64,000 nt of DNA from an uncultured delta proteobacterium (lineage in GTDB: Bacteria > Desulfobacterota > Desulfobacteria > Desulfobacterales > Desulfatirhabdiaceae). A program made the translations under genes and the position numbers. Of this stretch, positions 42,409 to 52,398 are shown one piece after another (within the stretch, counting starts at the first letter, position 1; the number at the start of each line of letters is the position of its first letter). Location: positions 1 through 64,000 of the forward strand of contig CAWBKP010000020.1 of the NCBI GenBank assembly GCA_963789395.1. The letters run 5' to 3'. The notes under the pieces were generated by a model that was not told the DNA's origin, searched no databases, and worked only from the letters and a program-made list of their open reading frames with translations.

Positions 42409-42817
42409 AATATTTGTGGATACCAATATTCTCGTTTATGCATATGACTTGAGCGCCGGGGAGCGCCATGACAGGGCATCCGCCATCATCATCGGTCTTT
42501 GGGAAGCGGAAACAGGGGTTGTCAGCACTCAGGTTCTTCAGGAATTTTATGTAACCATCACATACAAAATCAAGCTTCCGTTAAATCCTGCTGAAGCGCG
42601 GGAAATTATCCGGAACTACCTTGCCTGGCCTGTTCAGGTCAATGATCCGGAGATGACGCTTCTGGCTTCTGAAATACAAGAAAAGTACAGAATCTCTTTT
42701 TGGGACGCGCTGATCGTGGCGGCTGCCCTTCGGCTGCAGGCAAATAAAATAATCACGGAAGACCTGAATCACGGCCAGATCATCGAGAGCATCCTGGTTG
42801 AAAATCCGTTTGTGTGA
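42398..42817 (+). CDS. PIN-domain (VapC-type) toxin
   Basis: FVDTNILVYAYD, STQVLQEF, SFWDALIVAAA, TEDL.HG and NPF. Confidence 0.9.
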   Translation: MNDRIFVDTNILVYAYDLSAGERHDRASAIIIGLWEAETGVVSTQVLQEFYVTITYKIKLPLNPAEAREIIRNYLAWPVQVNDPEMTLLASEIQEKYRISFWDALIVAAALRLQANKIITEDLNHGQIIESILVENPFV

Positions 42818-42895
42818 AAATACTTCGGCAGAAAAGAGGTTTGTCATGAAGAAGAACTGTAGAAGTGCCGCATTTCCCTGCAGGGTATGTAATTT

Positions 42896-44716
42896 ATGAC
42901 CCTATTGCCGCAGCATAGCCTGACATCCCCCGATGATATCCTGAAAGCGTTGCTGGCCAAAGGGGCTATCTCCGAGAATAATGCCAGGGAAATACGCCGG
43001 CATTATGATAACCTCCTGCATAAACTTGAGAAAAAACGGTCCTTGTCCGCCAAGGGAAGCCCGCAGAAAGACAGCGCGCCCCTGACCGCTATCGATGTGC
43101 TGGCCTCCTTGAACCTTACCCGCGCGGATTCTCCTTCCCGCCTTCTGGATGAAGATACCCTGTGCCGGATTATGGCCGCCGAGTGGCGGATTCCCTATCG
43201 AAAAATCGACCCCTTAAAACTGGATTTAAATCAGGTGACAACGACCATTCCCCTGTCGTTTGCTTTCAAAAACCTGATGCTGCCGCTCTCCATACAGAAC
43301 AATACCCTGACGGTCGCAATGGCCAATCCCTTTGATCATGAAGCCGTCAATGATATTGCCCGTGCCAGCCAGATGAAGGTGGAGGTGGTTTTCAGCTCCC
43401 GGTCGGATATCATCAAGTACATCAGTGAATTTTACGGATTCAGACATTTCATTTCGGAAGCCGAAAACCGTTTTGGCGATGCCGGTGTTGATCTGAGCAA
43501 TCTGGAGCAGTATGTCCGGTTGAAATCCTCGGACGAAGTCCCATCCAATGATCAGCATATTATCAATGCCGTTAATCACCTGTTCACCTATGCGATGGAT
43601 CAGCGGGCAAGCGATATTCACATCGAACCCAAACGGGAAGTCAGCCTGGTCCGGATGCGGATAGATGGTCTGCTTCACACCATTTACCGGCTTCCCCGGA
43701 ATGTGCATCCGGCGATAGTCAGCCGCATAAAAAACCTCTCCCGCATGGATATGTCCGAGAAGCGGCGGCCCCAGGACGGCAGAATCAAGACCAACAAGGC
43801 AGGGGTTGAGGTTGAAATCCGGATTTCAACGATTCCGGTTGCTTTCGGCGAAAAAGTGGTCATGCGCGTGATGGATCCGGACATTCTGTTTCAGGATCTG
43901 GATAAACTGGGGTTCAGCGCGACGGATTTGATCCGCTACAACCATTTTATCAAGCTGCCGCACGGGATTGTGCTGGTCTGCGGCCCCACGGGAAGCGGCA
44001 AATCCACGACGCTCTATTCCACCCTCAAGGAACTGTCTTCTCCCACCATCAACATTACCACCATCGAAGACCCCATAGAAATGGTGCATGAGGATTTCAA
44101 CCAGATTGCGGTGCAGCCTGCGATCGGGATCACGTTTGCAACGATTTTACGCAATATCCTGAGGCAGGACCCGGACATCATCATGGTCGGAGAGATGCGG
44201 GATCTTGAAACCGCCCAGAATGCCATTCAGGCAGCGCTTACCGGGCATCTGGTCCTTTCTACCATTCACACCAACGATGCGCCATCGACCGTTATCCGGC
44301 TGCTGGATCTTGGCGTGCCGGCGTTTCTGATTCAGGCAACGCTGGTGGGAATACTGTCCCAGCGGCTGGTTCGAAAAATATGCCCCCACTGTAAGGAAGC
44401 CTTTGACATGGAGGCGGCAGAGCTGCTGCAAATGGGTCTTGCCACCCACCGGACCGGAGCCGTCCGGTTGTTTCGCGGAAAGGGCTGTGATCGCTGCAGG
44501 GGAACCGGTTATCATGGAAGGGGCGCCATTTATGAGGTTCTGGCGTATTCCGAGGCGATGAAACGTCTGACAACCAGCCATGTGGATCTGGATGTCCTGA
44601 GGCATGAAGCCATTTCACAGGGCATGATCTCCCTTCGGGAGAACGCCGTCATAAAGCTTCTGGGAGGTGAAACCACCTATCAGGAAGTCCTGAGGGTCAC
44701 CTGGGAGCAGATGTGA
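42896..44716 (+). CDS. GspE/PulE/PilB-family secretion/pilus ATPase
   Basis: ASDIHIEP, PQDGR, GPTGSGKSTTLY, LRQDPD...GEMRD, TGHLVLST.HTNDA; Zn motifs CPHC and CDRC. Confidence 0.92.
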   Translation: MTLLPQHSLTSPDDILKALLAKGAISENNAREIRRHYDNLLHKLEKKRSLSAKGSPQKDSAPLTAIDVLASLNLTRADSPSRLLDEDTLCRIMAAEWRIPYRKIDPLKLDLNQVTTTIPLSFAFKNLMLPLSIQNNTLTVAMANPFDHEAVNDIARASQMKVEVVFSSRSDIIKYISEFYGFRHFISEAENRFGDAGVDLSNLEQYVRLKSSDEVPSNDQHIINAVNHLFTYAMDQRASDIHIEPKREVSLVRMRIDGLLHTIYRLPRNVHPAIVSRIKNLSRMDMSEKRRPQDGRIKTNKAGVEVEIRISTIPVAFGEKVVMRVMDPDILFQDLDKLGFSATDLIRYNHFIKLPHGIVLVCGPTGSGKSTTLYSTLKELSSPTINITTIEDPIEMVHEDFNQIAVQPAIGITFATILRNILRQDPDIIMVGEMRDLETAQNAIQAALTGHLVLSTIHTNDAPSTVIRLLDLGVPAFLIQATLVGILSQRLVRKICPHCKEAFDMEAAELLQMGLATHRTGAVRLFRGKGCDRCRGTGYHGRGAIYEVLAYSEAMKRLTTSHVDLDVLRHEAISQGMISLRENAVIKLLGGETTYQEVLRVTWEQM

Positions 44717-44732
44717 TATCGGCACTGAATGT

Positions 44733-47700
44733 TCAGGGGCCAATCGCCATGCGATCAAATTCCGCATGGTAATCGGGAACCTGCGGCAGCGGATCTTTCT
44801 TGTCCTGCAGGGATTTCAGGAGGCGCTCCGGCGTAGACAGCATGCGTTCTATATATCCAAGTGCGCTTTTGTCCATGTTTTTTAAGGGGACATTTTCTAT
44901 CCGCGGGTGTGACAGCGAACCCGTAACTTCCAGTGAATACTCGATAAGGGAGTTGTTGTTTCCCGTTAGAATGTTTCCGATCAACGGGATCCTGCTGACA
45001 ATGCTGTCCATTATTTTCAGGGGCTGAAGTCCGATCCGCATCTGGATACGATTGCTGTTCAGGTCGATAGTTCCGGCTCCCGAAGCGTTTATCGCAGGGC
45101 TTAGAAACACCAGATTCCGCACCAGAATCTTTCCTTTGTCGATTTCAATCTCTCCATCGATCCGGTCAAAATACAGCCGTCCGTTCTGGAAACCCGGGGA
45201 GCCCGGCTTGAAAATTTGATCCAGGCTGATCAAGGACAACGCATACAGAATCGGATCGGTTTGATGTATCCAGCCTTTTTCCACAAGCAGTCTGGCATGG
45301 CCGTTCAATCCGGAAAATTCGCCGGTGCCGTCCGATTGGTTCAGCGTCAGCACGCCTTCCAATGAAACACTGCCATCCAGCAGATCGGCGCCGGATTTGA
45401 CAAGTTCAAACAGGTTTTGGGCCGGTTCCTGAACAATGTGAATGTGGTTGATCCAGTGCATACCTGCTTCGGAATGGTAAGCCTGACGACCCTTGAACCG
45501 CAGATACCCCTTGCCCACGTCGATTTTGGCAGGATCAAGGGTGACACCGGCGTCATCCAGCATACCTTCCGCAACCAGCGGCCCGTAAATCCATTTGCCA
45601 ACCGACGCATGCGGCAGCGCCAATGCGATCAGTTCCCCTACATCCGCCCGGGTGGCGGATCTTGCGGACAGATGCCGCATGTTGCCGTCGATGGAGCCGG
45701 TGGTCTGAAATTGGGATTTTCCCCAGAGGCCGCGGCCGGAAAACTGGAATGACTGATCGGATTTTGAGTCGATTGTGGCGTTTTCAATCGTCAACGGCAG
45801 TCGCAAAAGCGGGTGAGTCACCTGGATGGATTGCATCGATATGGCGCTGGCGGTAATTTTTGGAAAAGGCCGCCCGGTTTCATACTCCGCTGAAATATGG
45901 ACGGTTGCGGTGCCGTCAATCGCCTGTAATTCCTGGAGTTGTTGTTGAACATCAACGGGGAGCCACGGCAGGGTTTTAAGATGATTCACATCCGATACGG
46001 CAAGGTTTGCGTCTGTCTTGATCAGATAGCGCAGTGCGGTCCGCATAGGTATCGGGGATGGTGATGGATGCATTTTGAAAAGAAGACTGCCAAAGGCGGC
46101 CGGAAAGGCCTTCCAGTGAAAACATGCCGCCCTTCAGGTTCAAGGTGCAGGAAACATCGCGAATCTCCGGAGCGTTTCTGACGGGGTGCTGGAACACCAG
46201 GTTGCGTAAGGTCAAATTTCAGACCCAGAACGCTTGCATGTTCCGGTTGATTCAGGGTTTGGATCTCTTGCAGATTGCCCCTTAACGAAAACGAATCCAC
46301 CCGGATGTCGCCTTGCCGGATCGCTGGAAGCAGTGCATGGCTGATCCACCCGGGAAGCAGCGGCGTCGGCAGCAGGGTTTTGAAGGTGTCGATTGTCATA
46401 AACGGGGCTGGTAACGGTCAGATCCAGATAGGGGGATGCAGTGGGGTTGAGCTGAATATGGCCATTTGCTGACAGAGACGTCTCGGGAGTGATGATTTTC
46501 AAGGAGGAAATCTGCAGCCGCCGCGTGTTCAGGGTGTAATCGCCCTGACATATGGCCTGAACACGCGGGTTAGATACCCCATCACCTGAATGCTGCCGGC
46601 AGCAGCCCCGATTCAATCAGTTCCCTGACATCCGCCTGAAAAGCTCGCCCTTGCGGAAACGCTTACCCGTTTGCTGCCGGCCGCGCCCTGAATCTCAAAA
46701 TCGGTCTTTCCCCAGAGGCCGCGGCCGGAAAATTTCAGCGGTTGACCGGCCGCAGATTCGATTGAAGCGGTTTCAATCGTCAGCGGCAGCCGCAAGAAGG
46801 GGTGGGTCACCTGGACGGATTGCATCGAAACGGTGCCTGGTGATGATTTCCGGAAAATGCCTGGCCGGTTTCATATGCTGCTGAAATATGGATGGTTGCG
46901 GTGCCGTCAATCACCTGCAATCCCTGGAGTTTCTGTTGAAGCATCTGCAGGGAGCCACGGCAGGGTTTTAAGATGATTCACATCCGATACGGTAAGGCTT
47001 GCGTCGGTCTCGATCAGATATTGCAGGCGGTCCGCATAGGTATCGGGAATGGTGATGGACGCATTTTGAAAAGAAGACTGCCAAAGGTTTCCGGAAAGGC
47101 CATCCAGTGAAAACACGCCCCCCTCCAGGTTCAATGCGCATGAGACATCCCGAATCTCCGGAGCGTTTTTGACAGGGTGCTGCAACACGATCTTGCGGAA
47201 AGTCAGTTTCAGGCCCAGGACACTTGCATGTTCCGGCTGATTCAGGGTTTGGATCTCTTGAAGATTGCCCCGTAACGAAAACTTATCAATTCGGATGTCG
47301 CCTTGCTGAATCGCCGGGAGCAGTTCATGGTCGATCCATTCGGGAAGCAGCGGCGTCGGCAGCAAAGATTTGAGGGTGTCGATTGTCATAAACGGGCTGG
47401 TAACGGACAGATCCAGATAGGGGGATGCCGTGGGGCTGAGCTGAACATGCCCATTTGCCGACAGAGATGTCTCGGGAGTGCTGATTTTCAGGGAGGCAAT
47501 CTGAAGCAGTCGCGTGTTGAGGTCGTATTTGCCCTGAAAATTGACTTGAGGCAGGCTGTAGTCTTTGACGCCATGGGCTCCAGGCAGTTGAAACTTCAGG
47601 TTGTTGGCTTCAATAGACCCTGAAAAAAAGGTTCCGGCGTCTGAAAGAAAAAAATCAAATAGATTCGGAATCAGGTTAAGCTCAGATGCGGACAGCAACA

Positions 47701-47932
47701 CCTTTCCCTGCTTGGTTCCGACCTGAATGTCCTGAACATGGATGCCGGGGAATATTCCGATGTGCAACCGGATCTTTCCGGTTTTCAGATCATAGCCGAT
47801 TTCCTGTGAAACGCGATCGAGTCCGTAGCGCTGCACCGAAGGGCTGAGGATCAACAGATATAAAACAATCCCGCAACAGAGAACGGCCAGAAAAAGCCCC
47901 AGGACAAAGCGTCTGATGGTTCGAAATGCCAT
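44733..47932 (-). CDS. AsmA-like/YhdP-type envelope protein with an internal duplication; several frameshifts
   Basis: N-terminal TM anchor (MAFRTIRRFVLGLF...); beta-rich body; AsmA_2-like C-terminus (FDRIDG...G.GTIDL...IPLIG.IL...V.GSL..P). Confidence 0.7.
45630..47540. repeat. Diverged direct tandem duplication, two units of about 0.92 kb, period about 990 bp
   Basis: 45961 AGCCACGGCAGGGTTTTAAGATGATTCACATCCGATACGG recurs at about 46953; the peptides TLLPTPLLP, FSLRGNLQEIQTLNQPEHASVLGLK and VTHP.LRLPLTIE each occur twice. Confidence 0.9.
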
Positions 47933-48225
47933 ATCACACCTGTAGTGAAACAACGGATTGCCCGATTGTCCGGGCTTGAGACATAGCCATAATGATGTCT
48001 CATGATACAAAAGTGTATCTAAGGTTGATGAGGGACAGAGCGAAATTGCATGTTTAACATGAAATTATAATAAGATAAGTTTTATCAGCGGCTGAATAAC
48101 GATTTCCGTTTTGTATCATCCGGATACAGCCGGATCAGCCCCGCTTTTTGAATAACATAATTATGTATTTTATAACCATTTGTATATATTAATAATAAAA
48201 TATTATTCAAGAGAATGTTAGTCTG

Positions 48226-48241
48226 TGGCACGGAAATTGAT
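48226..48241 (+). promoter_or_regulatory. Sigma-54-like promoter
   Basis: TGGCAC-GGAAA-TTGAT (one mismatch in the -12 box), after a very AT-rich tract. Confidence 0.55.
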
Positions 48242-48305
48242 TGATATAAATAAGATTGCAGCAGATGAATCTGACAACCTTATCCTAAGAAAGAAAGCCA
48301 TTGCC

Positions 48306-48515
48306 GTGAAGCCTTGCGATACCAACATTAACCGGACGCTCAAACTCGTGGACGAGATGATAGCACTTGCAGATCAGGGTGATGTGGAGCGAGAGGACGT
48401 CGGTTGTGGAATTATGTACGGGATATTGCGGGATGCGGCGTACCGGTTGAAAAAAATTGCGGAGCAGGAAAAAAAAGCGCACCAGCAAAAAGGCTGGTGG
48501 CATGAGTCGCATTAG
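48306..48515 (+). CDS. Small helical hypothetical protein
   Basis: KPCD.NI..TL.LV.EM..LAD.GD..RED.GCG..YG.LRD.AY; GTG at 48306 is preferred because the longer ORF start overlaps the sigma-54 site. Confidence 0.65.
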   Translation: MKPCDTNINRTLKLVDEMIALADQGDVEREDVGCGIMYGILRDAAYRLKKIAEQEKKAHQQKGWWHESH

Positions 48516-48662
48516 ACGCAACCCGTCTTTATGATGCATCATGCCCTGAACAGCTTCAATACCATAAACAATTCCTGTCGGCCCCTCCTGAAAAGCGAGG
48601 GAATATTGCAGGGGCCGGCTAAGGGATGAAAGAAAAATATCAACTTCAGAGGAGGAAAATAC

Positions 48663-49238
48663 GTGGCCGGTATCAAAGGAACACAGACTGAAAAAAATTT
48701 GATGAAGGCTTTTGCGGGTGAATCCCAGGCCAGAAATCGCTATACTTATTTTGCCAGCAAAGCCAAAAAAGAAGGCTTTGTTCAGATTTCCGACATTTTT
48801 ACAGAAACCGCCAATCAGGAAAAAGAACACGCCAAACGGTTTTTCAGTTTTCTGGAAGGCGGAATGCTGGAGATAACGGCAAGTTTTCCGGCCGGCGTTG
48901 TGGGAACAACGCTTGAAAATTTGCTGGCAGCGGCGGCAGGAGAACACGAAGAGCATGCGGACCTCTATCCAGGATTCGCAAAAGTTGCCAGAACAGAAGG
49001 GTTTGAAGAGATATCCGACCTTTTTGAAAAAATTTCGGTTGCCGAAAAACAGCATGAAAAGCGATACCGGGATCTGGCCGCCAATGTTCAGGCGGGAAAA
49101 GTATTCAAAAAAGACAAAAAAGTCACGTGGCGGTGCCGCAACTGCGGCTACCTTCATGATGGCGAGGAATCGCCGGATTTGTGTCCGGCCTGTGCACATC
49201 CTCAGGCACATTTTGAGCTTCTGGGAGAAAACTACTAA
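48663..49238 (+). CDS. rbr: Rubrerythrin
   Basis: AFAGESQARNRY, QEKEHAK, EHEEH and EKQHE diiron motifs; C-terminal WRCRNCGY...CPAC.HP. Confidence 0.95.
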   Translation: MAGIKGTQTEKNLMKAFAGESQARNRYTYFASKAKKEGFVQISDIFTETANQEKEHAKRFFSFLEGGMLEITASFPAGVVGTTLENLLAAAAGEHEEHADLYPGFAKVARTEGFEEISDLFEKISVAEKQHEKRYRDLAANVQAGKVFKKDKKVTWRCRNCGYLHDGEESPDLCPACAHPQAHFELLGENY

Positions 49239-49322
49239 AATACCCCGGGCTCACCGTGTTCAAAAAAGGGGAAGTCTAACTATCCGTAATTTTATTACAT
49301 TAACTCATTGAAAGGAGATTGT

Positions 49323-49700
49323 ATGACCGAGACACTGCAAGTCTATAAATGTGAAATCTGTGGCAATATCGTTGAAGTCCTGCATGCAGGCGGCGGAGAA
49401 CTTGTCTGCTGCGGGCAGCCCATGAAACTAAGGGTTGAAAATACCGTTGATGCGGCAAAGGAGAAGCATGTTCCGGTGATCGAGAAGATTCCGGGCGGAT
49501 TCAAGGTAAAAGTCGGCAGCGTCGCTCACCCCATGGAAGAAAAACATTTTATTGAATGGGTTGAAATTATTGCGGACGGTAAAGCCTATCGGGAGTATTT
49601 GTGTCCCGGCGGTCAGGTTCCCGAAGCCACATTCATGCTGGAAGCCGCAACCGTTTCTGCAAGAGAGTATTGTAATCTTCACGGTCTCTGGAAGGCATAG
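49323..49700 (+). CDS. dfx: Desulfoferrodoxin (superoxide reductase)
   Basis: [12 protein letters not shown]...LVCCG.PM; EKHVP; HPM...[12 protein letters not shown]. Confidence 0.95.
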   Translation: MTETLQVYKCEICGNIVEVLHAGGGELVCCGQPMKLRVENTVDAAKEKHVPVIEKIPGGFKVKVGSVAHPMEEKHFIEWVEIIADGKAYREYLCPGGQVPEATFMLEAATVSAREYCNLHGLWKA

Positions 49701-49797
49701 CGTTTAATAATTATAAGCGGAAAAGCCTGAGGCAACGGACGAGATAATGCATTCTCACTTTCCTTGCCTCAGACCTGACTGCAGATAAGGAGGATAT

Positions 49798-49959
49798 ATG
49801 GCAAGCTGGAAATGTCAAAATTGCGGATACACCTTTACGACGGACGCACCGCCTGAACAGTGTCCGTCCTGTAAGGAAAAATGTGAATTTCTGGATAATT
49901 CCTGCTACACACCGGATTGTGCCGGCGATGGCATGGACAAACGTATCGGTAAAAAATAA
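49798..49959 (+). CDS. Small rubredoxin-like protein (53 aa, below the ORF-track cutoff)
   Basis: MASWKCQNCGYTFTTDAPPEQCPSCKEKCEFLDNSCYTPDCAGDGMDKRIGKK; RBS AAGGAGG. Confidence 0.85.
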   Translation: MASWKCQNCGYTFTTDAPPEQCPSCKEKCEFLDNSCYTPDCAGDGMDKRIGKK

Positions 49960-49979
49960 TTTTCGATTGGGAGTTAGTT

Positions 49980-50417
49980 ATGCCAAAAGCACTTATCGTG
50001 TATGCAACTCGCACCGGAGAAACTGAAAACATCGGCAAATTAATTGCCGAAGGGCTGCGCTTTTCCGGAGTTGATGTTGACATAATGAAAGCCGGTGATA
50101 TAAAGAATGCCAGTGAACTGAATGGATATGACGCCCTGGTGTTTGGGGCGCCGACCTATCATGGGGATATGATTCAGGGGATGAAAACCTTTCTGTTTCT
50201 GGCCGAGAAAGCCGCGCTGGAAGGAAAAGTCGGCGGCGCATTCGGCGCATTCGGCTGGAGCGGCGAAGCCCCTGACCGGATTTATGATACCATGACGCAT
50301 ATCTTTAAAATGAAAATGGTTGGAGCGCCGCTGCGCCTTAAATCCAGTTCGCTTGGCGGCGGCATTCAGATGGCCCAGAACTATGGCAAAGACATTGCAA
50401 AACTACTGACAACTTAA
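49980..50417 (+). CDS. Flavodoxin-domain protein
   Basis: IVYATRTGETE, FGAPTYHG and AFGAFGWSGEA. Confidence 0.88.
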   Translation: MPKALIVYATRTGETENIGKLIAEGLRFSGVDVDIMKAGDIKNASELNGYDALVFGAPTYHGDMIQGMKTFLFLAEKAALEGKVGGAFGAFGWSGEAPDRIYDTMTHIFKMKMVGAPLRLKSSSLGGGIQMAQNYGKDIAKLLTT

Positions 50418-50428
50418 GGGAGGAATTC

Positions 50429-50617
50429 ATGACAACACCAGCGCATTGTCCAGGTTTTCAACAATTCAAGAGTTTGAAATCGTTTACCTGCAAGTGTCCT
50501 TCATGCTCAAAAGAAGTTGAAATTTTCTCGGATGAATTTGATAAAAAACATGTGTGCAAGTCCTGCGGCAAGGAAATTGATTTTACCCAGTGCACACTTT
50601 CCGGATCGGTGGGCTAA
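50429..50617 (+). CDS. Small Cys-rich (double CxxC) metal-binding protein
   Basis: HCPG...CKCPSC.KEVEIFSDE....CKSCG; RBS GGGAGG. Confidence 0.75.
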   Translation: MTTPAHCPGFQQFKSLKSFTCKCPSCSKEVEIFSDEFDKKHVCKSCGKEIDFTQCTLSGSVG

Positions 50618-50694
50618 ACCGTGTCTTCATGATCCATCCGGCAGCAAAAAGAGTCTCAAGGCATCCTATCCGGAATAAAAAAGGGGAACACACC

Positions 50695-51037
50695 ATGCGA
50701 AGAGCATATTCTTTTATTTATCTCTACCGCCATGGTATGGACTGCGGGGCTGTCCCTTGCGGAAATCAACAACGGGGCAAAAGAATTGGTGATTCCATGC
50801 GGAAATCAGGGAGACGTGAAATTCCCCCACCAACAGCACCAGGAAGCGCTTAAAGACTGCATGCTCTGCCATGATCTTTTCCCCCAGAAAGCGGGTTCCA
50901 TCCAGGAATTGAAGCAACAAGGAACACTTGCCCAGAAACAGGTCATGAACAAGCTGTGCGTGAAATGTCATAAAGCCAAAAAAGACGCAGGAGAAAAATC
51001 AGGGCCTGTCACGTGCTCCCAATGTCATGCCAAATAA
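50695..51037 (+). CDS. Small periplasmic class III (c3/c7-like) triheme cytochrome; probable frameshift in the signal peptide
   Basis: V.FPH..HQ, CMLCH, CVKCH and CSQCH; ATG at 50695 with RBS is out of frame with ORF 50732..51037. Confidence 0.8.
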
Positions 51038-51166
51038 CCTGGCAGGCTTGGACGGTTTGGTCATGTATATGGCGGTTCACAGGTAGGTTGAGGGGGGATT
51101 CGAACGTCAGATCCAGTTTGAAAACCCCCTGCCTTTTTCAAAAGGGATCACTAAGGAAAGAATATC

Positions 51167-52129
51167 ATGTTTGTACTAGGACTTCAGGGAAGCCCCAGAA
51201 AAAAGGGAAATACCCGGTTTCTGCTTTCGGAATTTCTGGAAGAAGCAAAACGGCTGGGCGCCGAAACGCAGATGATCGAGGTTTGCCAGAAAAAAATAGA
51301 GCCCTGCATGGAATATATTCTCTGCGAAAAAAAAGGGATTTGCCCGATTGATGATGACATGAAGCATGAAATTTATCCGCTGCTCAGAAAGGCCGATGTC
51401 ATTGTTGCCGCCACCCCCATTTTTTTCTACAACACCACCGCGCAGCTCAAGGCGTTGATTGATCGCACCCAGACCCTCTGGGCCCGGAAATACAAACTCC
51501 ACTTAACGGACCCCAACCGGAAATGGCGAAGGGGGTATACCCTGGCAGTGGGCGCAACCCGCGGAAAAAATCTGTTTGAGGGGTTGCATCTGACCATGAA
51601 ATATTTTTATGACGCGGTTGGCGCCGAGTATGTCGGCAGCCTGACCTACCGGGAAATTGAAAAACCCGGAGACATGGAACGGCATGCAACGCTGCCCGCG
51701 GATATCCAAGCCGCGGTCGGATCGCTTCTGGAGCCTTTTCGGGGAAGAAACAAAATACTCTTTGTCTGTGGCGACAATGCCTGTCTCAGTCAGATGGCCG
51801 GCGCATTTGCGCAGATTCTTGCAGGGGACAAGCTGGATGTGCTCAGCGCCGGCAGCCAGCCGGCTGAAAAACTCAATCCCCTCATGGTTCAAGTGATGCA
51901 GGAAAAGGGGATTGATATGGGATTCCGCCAGACGGCATCCATCAATGCGGTGTTGCGAACGGAAAAACCCGAACTGGTTGTTTCAATGGGCACAGACTCC
52001 ATATTGGTGCCGGATGACTTTCCCCGGGAATCCTGGGAGTTTGCAGAGTCTGAAGATCTGGATGGCATGCGTCGTTTAAGAGATGCTATCGAAGCAAAGG
52101 TGGTTGAATTTATAAAGGTTATGGCTTAG
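51167..52129 (+). CDS. Iron-sulfur flavoprotein/FMN reductase domain fused to an LMW-PTP/ArsC-like domain
   Basis: GSPRKKGNT...ATPIFFY; C-terminal ILFVCGDNACLSQMA...SAGSQP...M.E.GID...RD.I. Confidence 0.8.
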   Translation: MFVLGLQGSPRKKGNTRFLLSEFLEEAKRLGAETQMIEVCQKKIEPCMEYILCEKKGICPIDDDMKHEIYPLLRKADVIVAATPIFFYNTTAQLKALIDRTQTLWARKYKLHLTDPNRKWRRGYTLAVGATRGKNLFEGLHLTMKYFYDAVGAEYVGSLTYREIEKPGDMERHATLPADIQAAVGSLLEPFRGRNKILFVCGDNACLSQMAGAFAQILAGDKLDVLSAGSQPAEKLNPLMVQVMQEKGIDMGFRQTASINAVLRTEKPELVVSMGTDSILVPDDFPRESWEFAESEDLDGMRRLRDAIEAKVVEFIKVMA

Positions 52130-52231
52130 TCCGGAATGCTTTCTGAAATGTCATGTTGAAAGCGAATCGGCATCTGCAGCACAACGCTGCGCGAAACTTA
52201 TTTTTTTATGAAACACCAGGAGGAAGCACGA

Positions 52232-52390
52232 ATGGACAGATATGTATGTACGGTTTGCGGCTATGTGTATGATCCGGCAATAGGTGATCCCGACAGCGGC
52301 GTGAAACCCGGAACCAAATTTGAAGATATTCCTGATGACTGGGAATGCCCGGTGTGCGGGGCAGCCAAATCCGATTTTGAAAAAGAGTAG
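52232..52390 (+). CDS. rub: Rubredoxin
   Basis: [44 protein letters not shown]. Confidence 0.96.
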   Translation: MDRYVCTVCGYVYDPAIGDPDSGVKPGTKFEDIPDDWECPVCGAAKSDFEKE

Positions 52391-52398
52391 GCAAATTT

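Noticed and set aside
45630..47540. Diversity-generating retroelement TR/VR pair
   Set aside because: Units are about 0.9 kb, differences are not restricted to adenines, and no reverse transcriptase is present.
48225..48305. Longer start for the small hypothetical protein
   Set aside because: It coincides with the sigma-54-like promoter; the protein-like sequence begins at GTG 48306.
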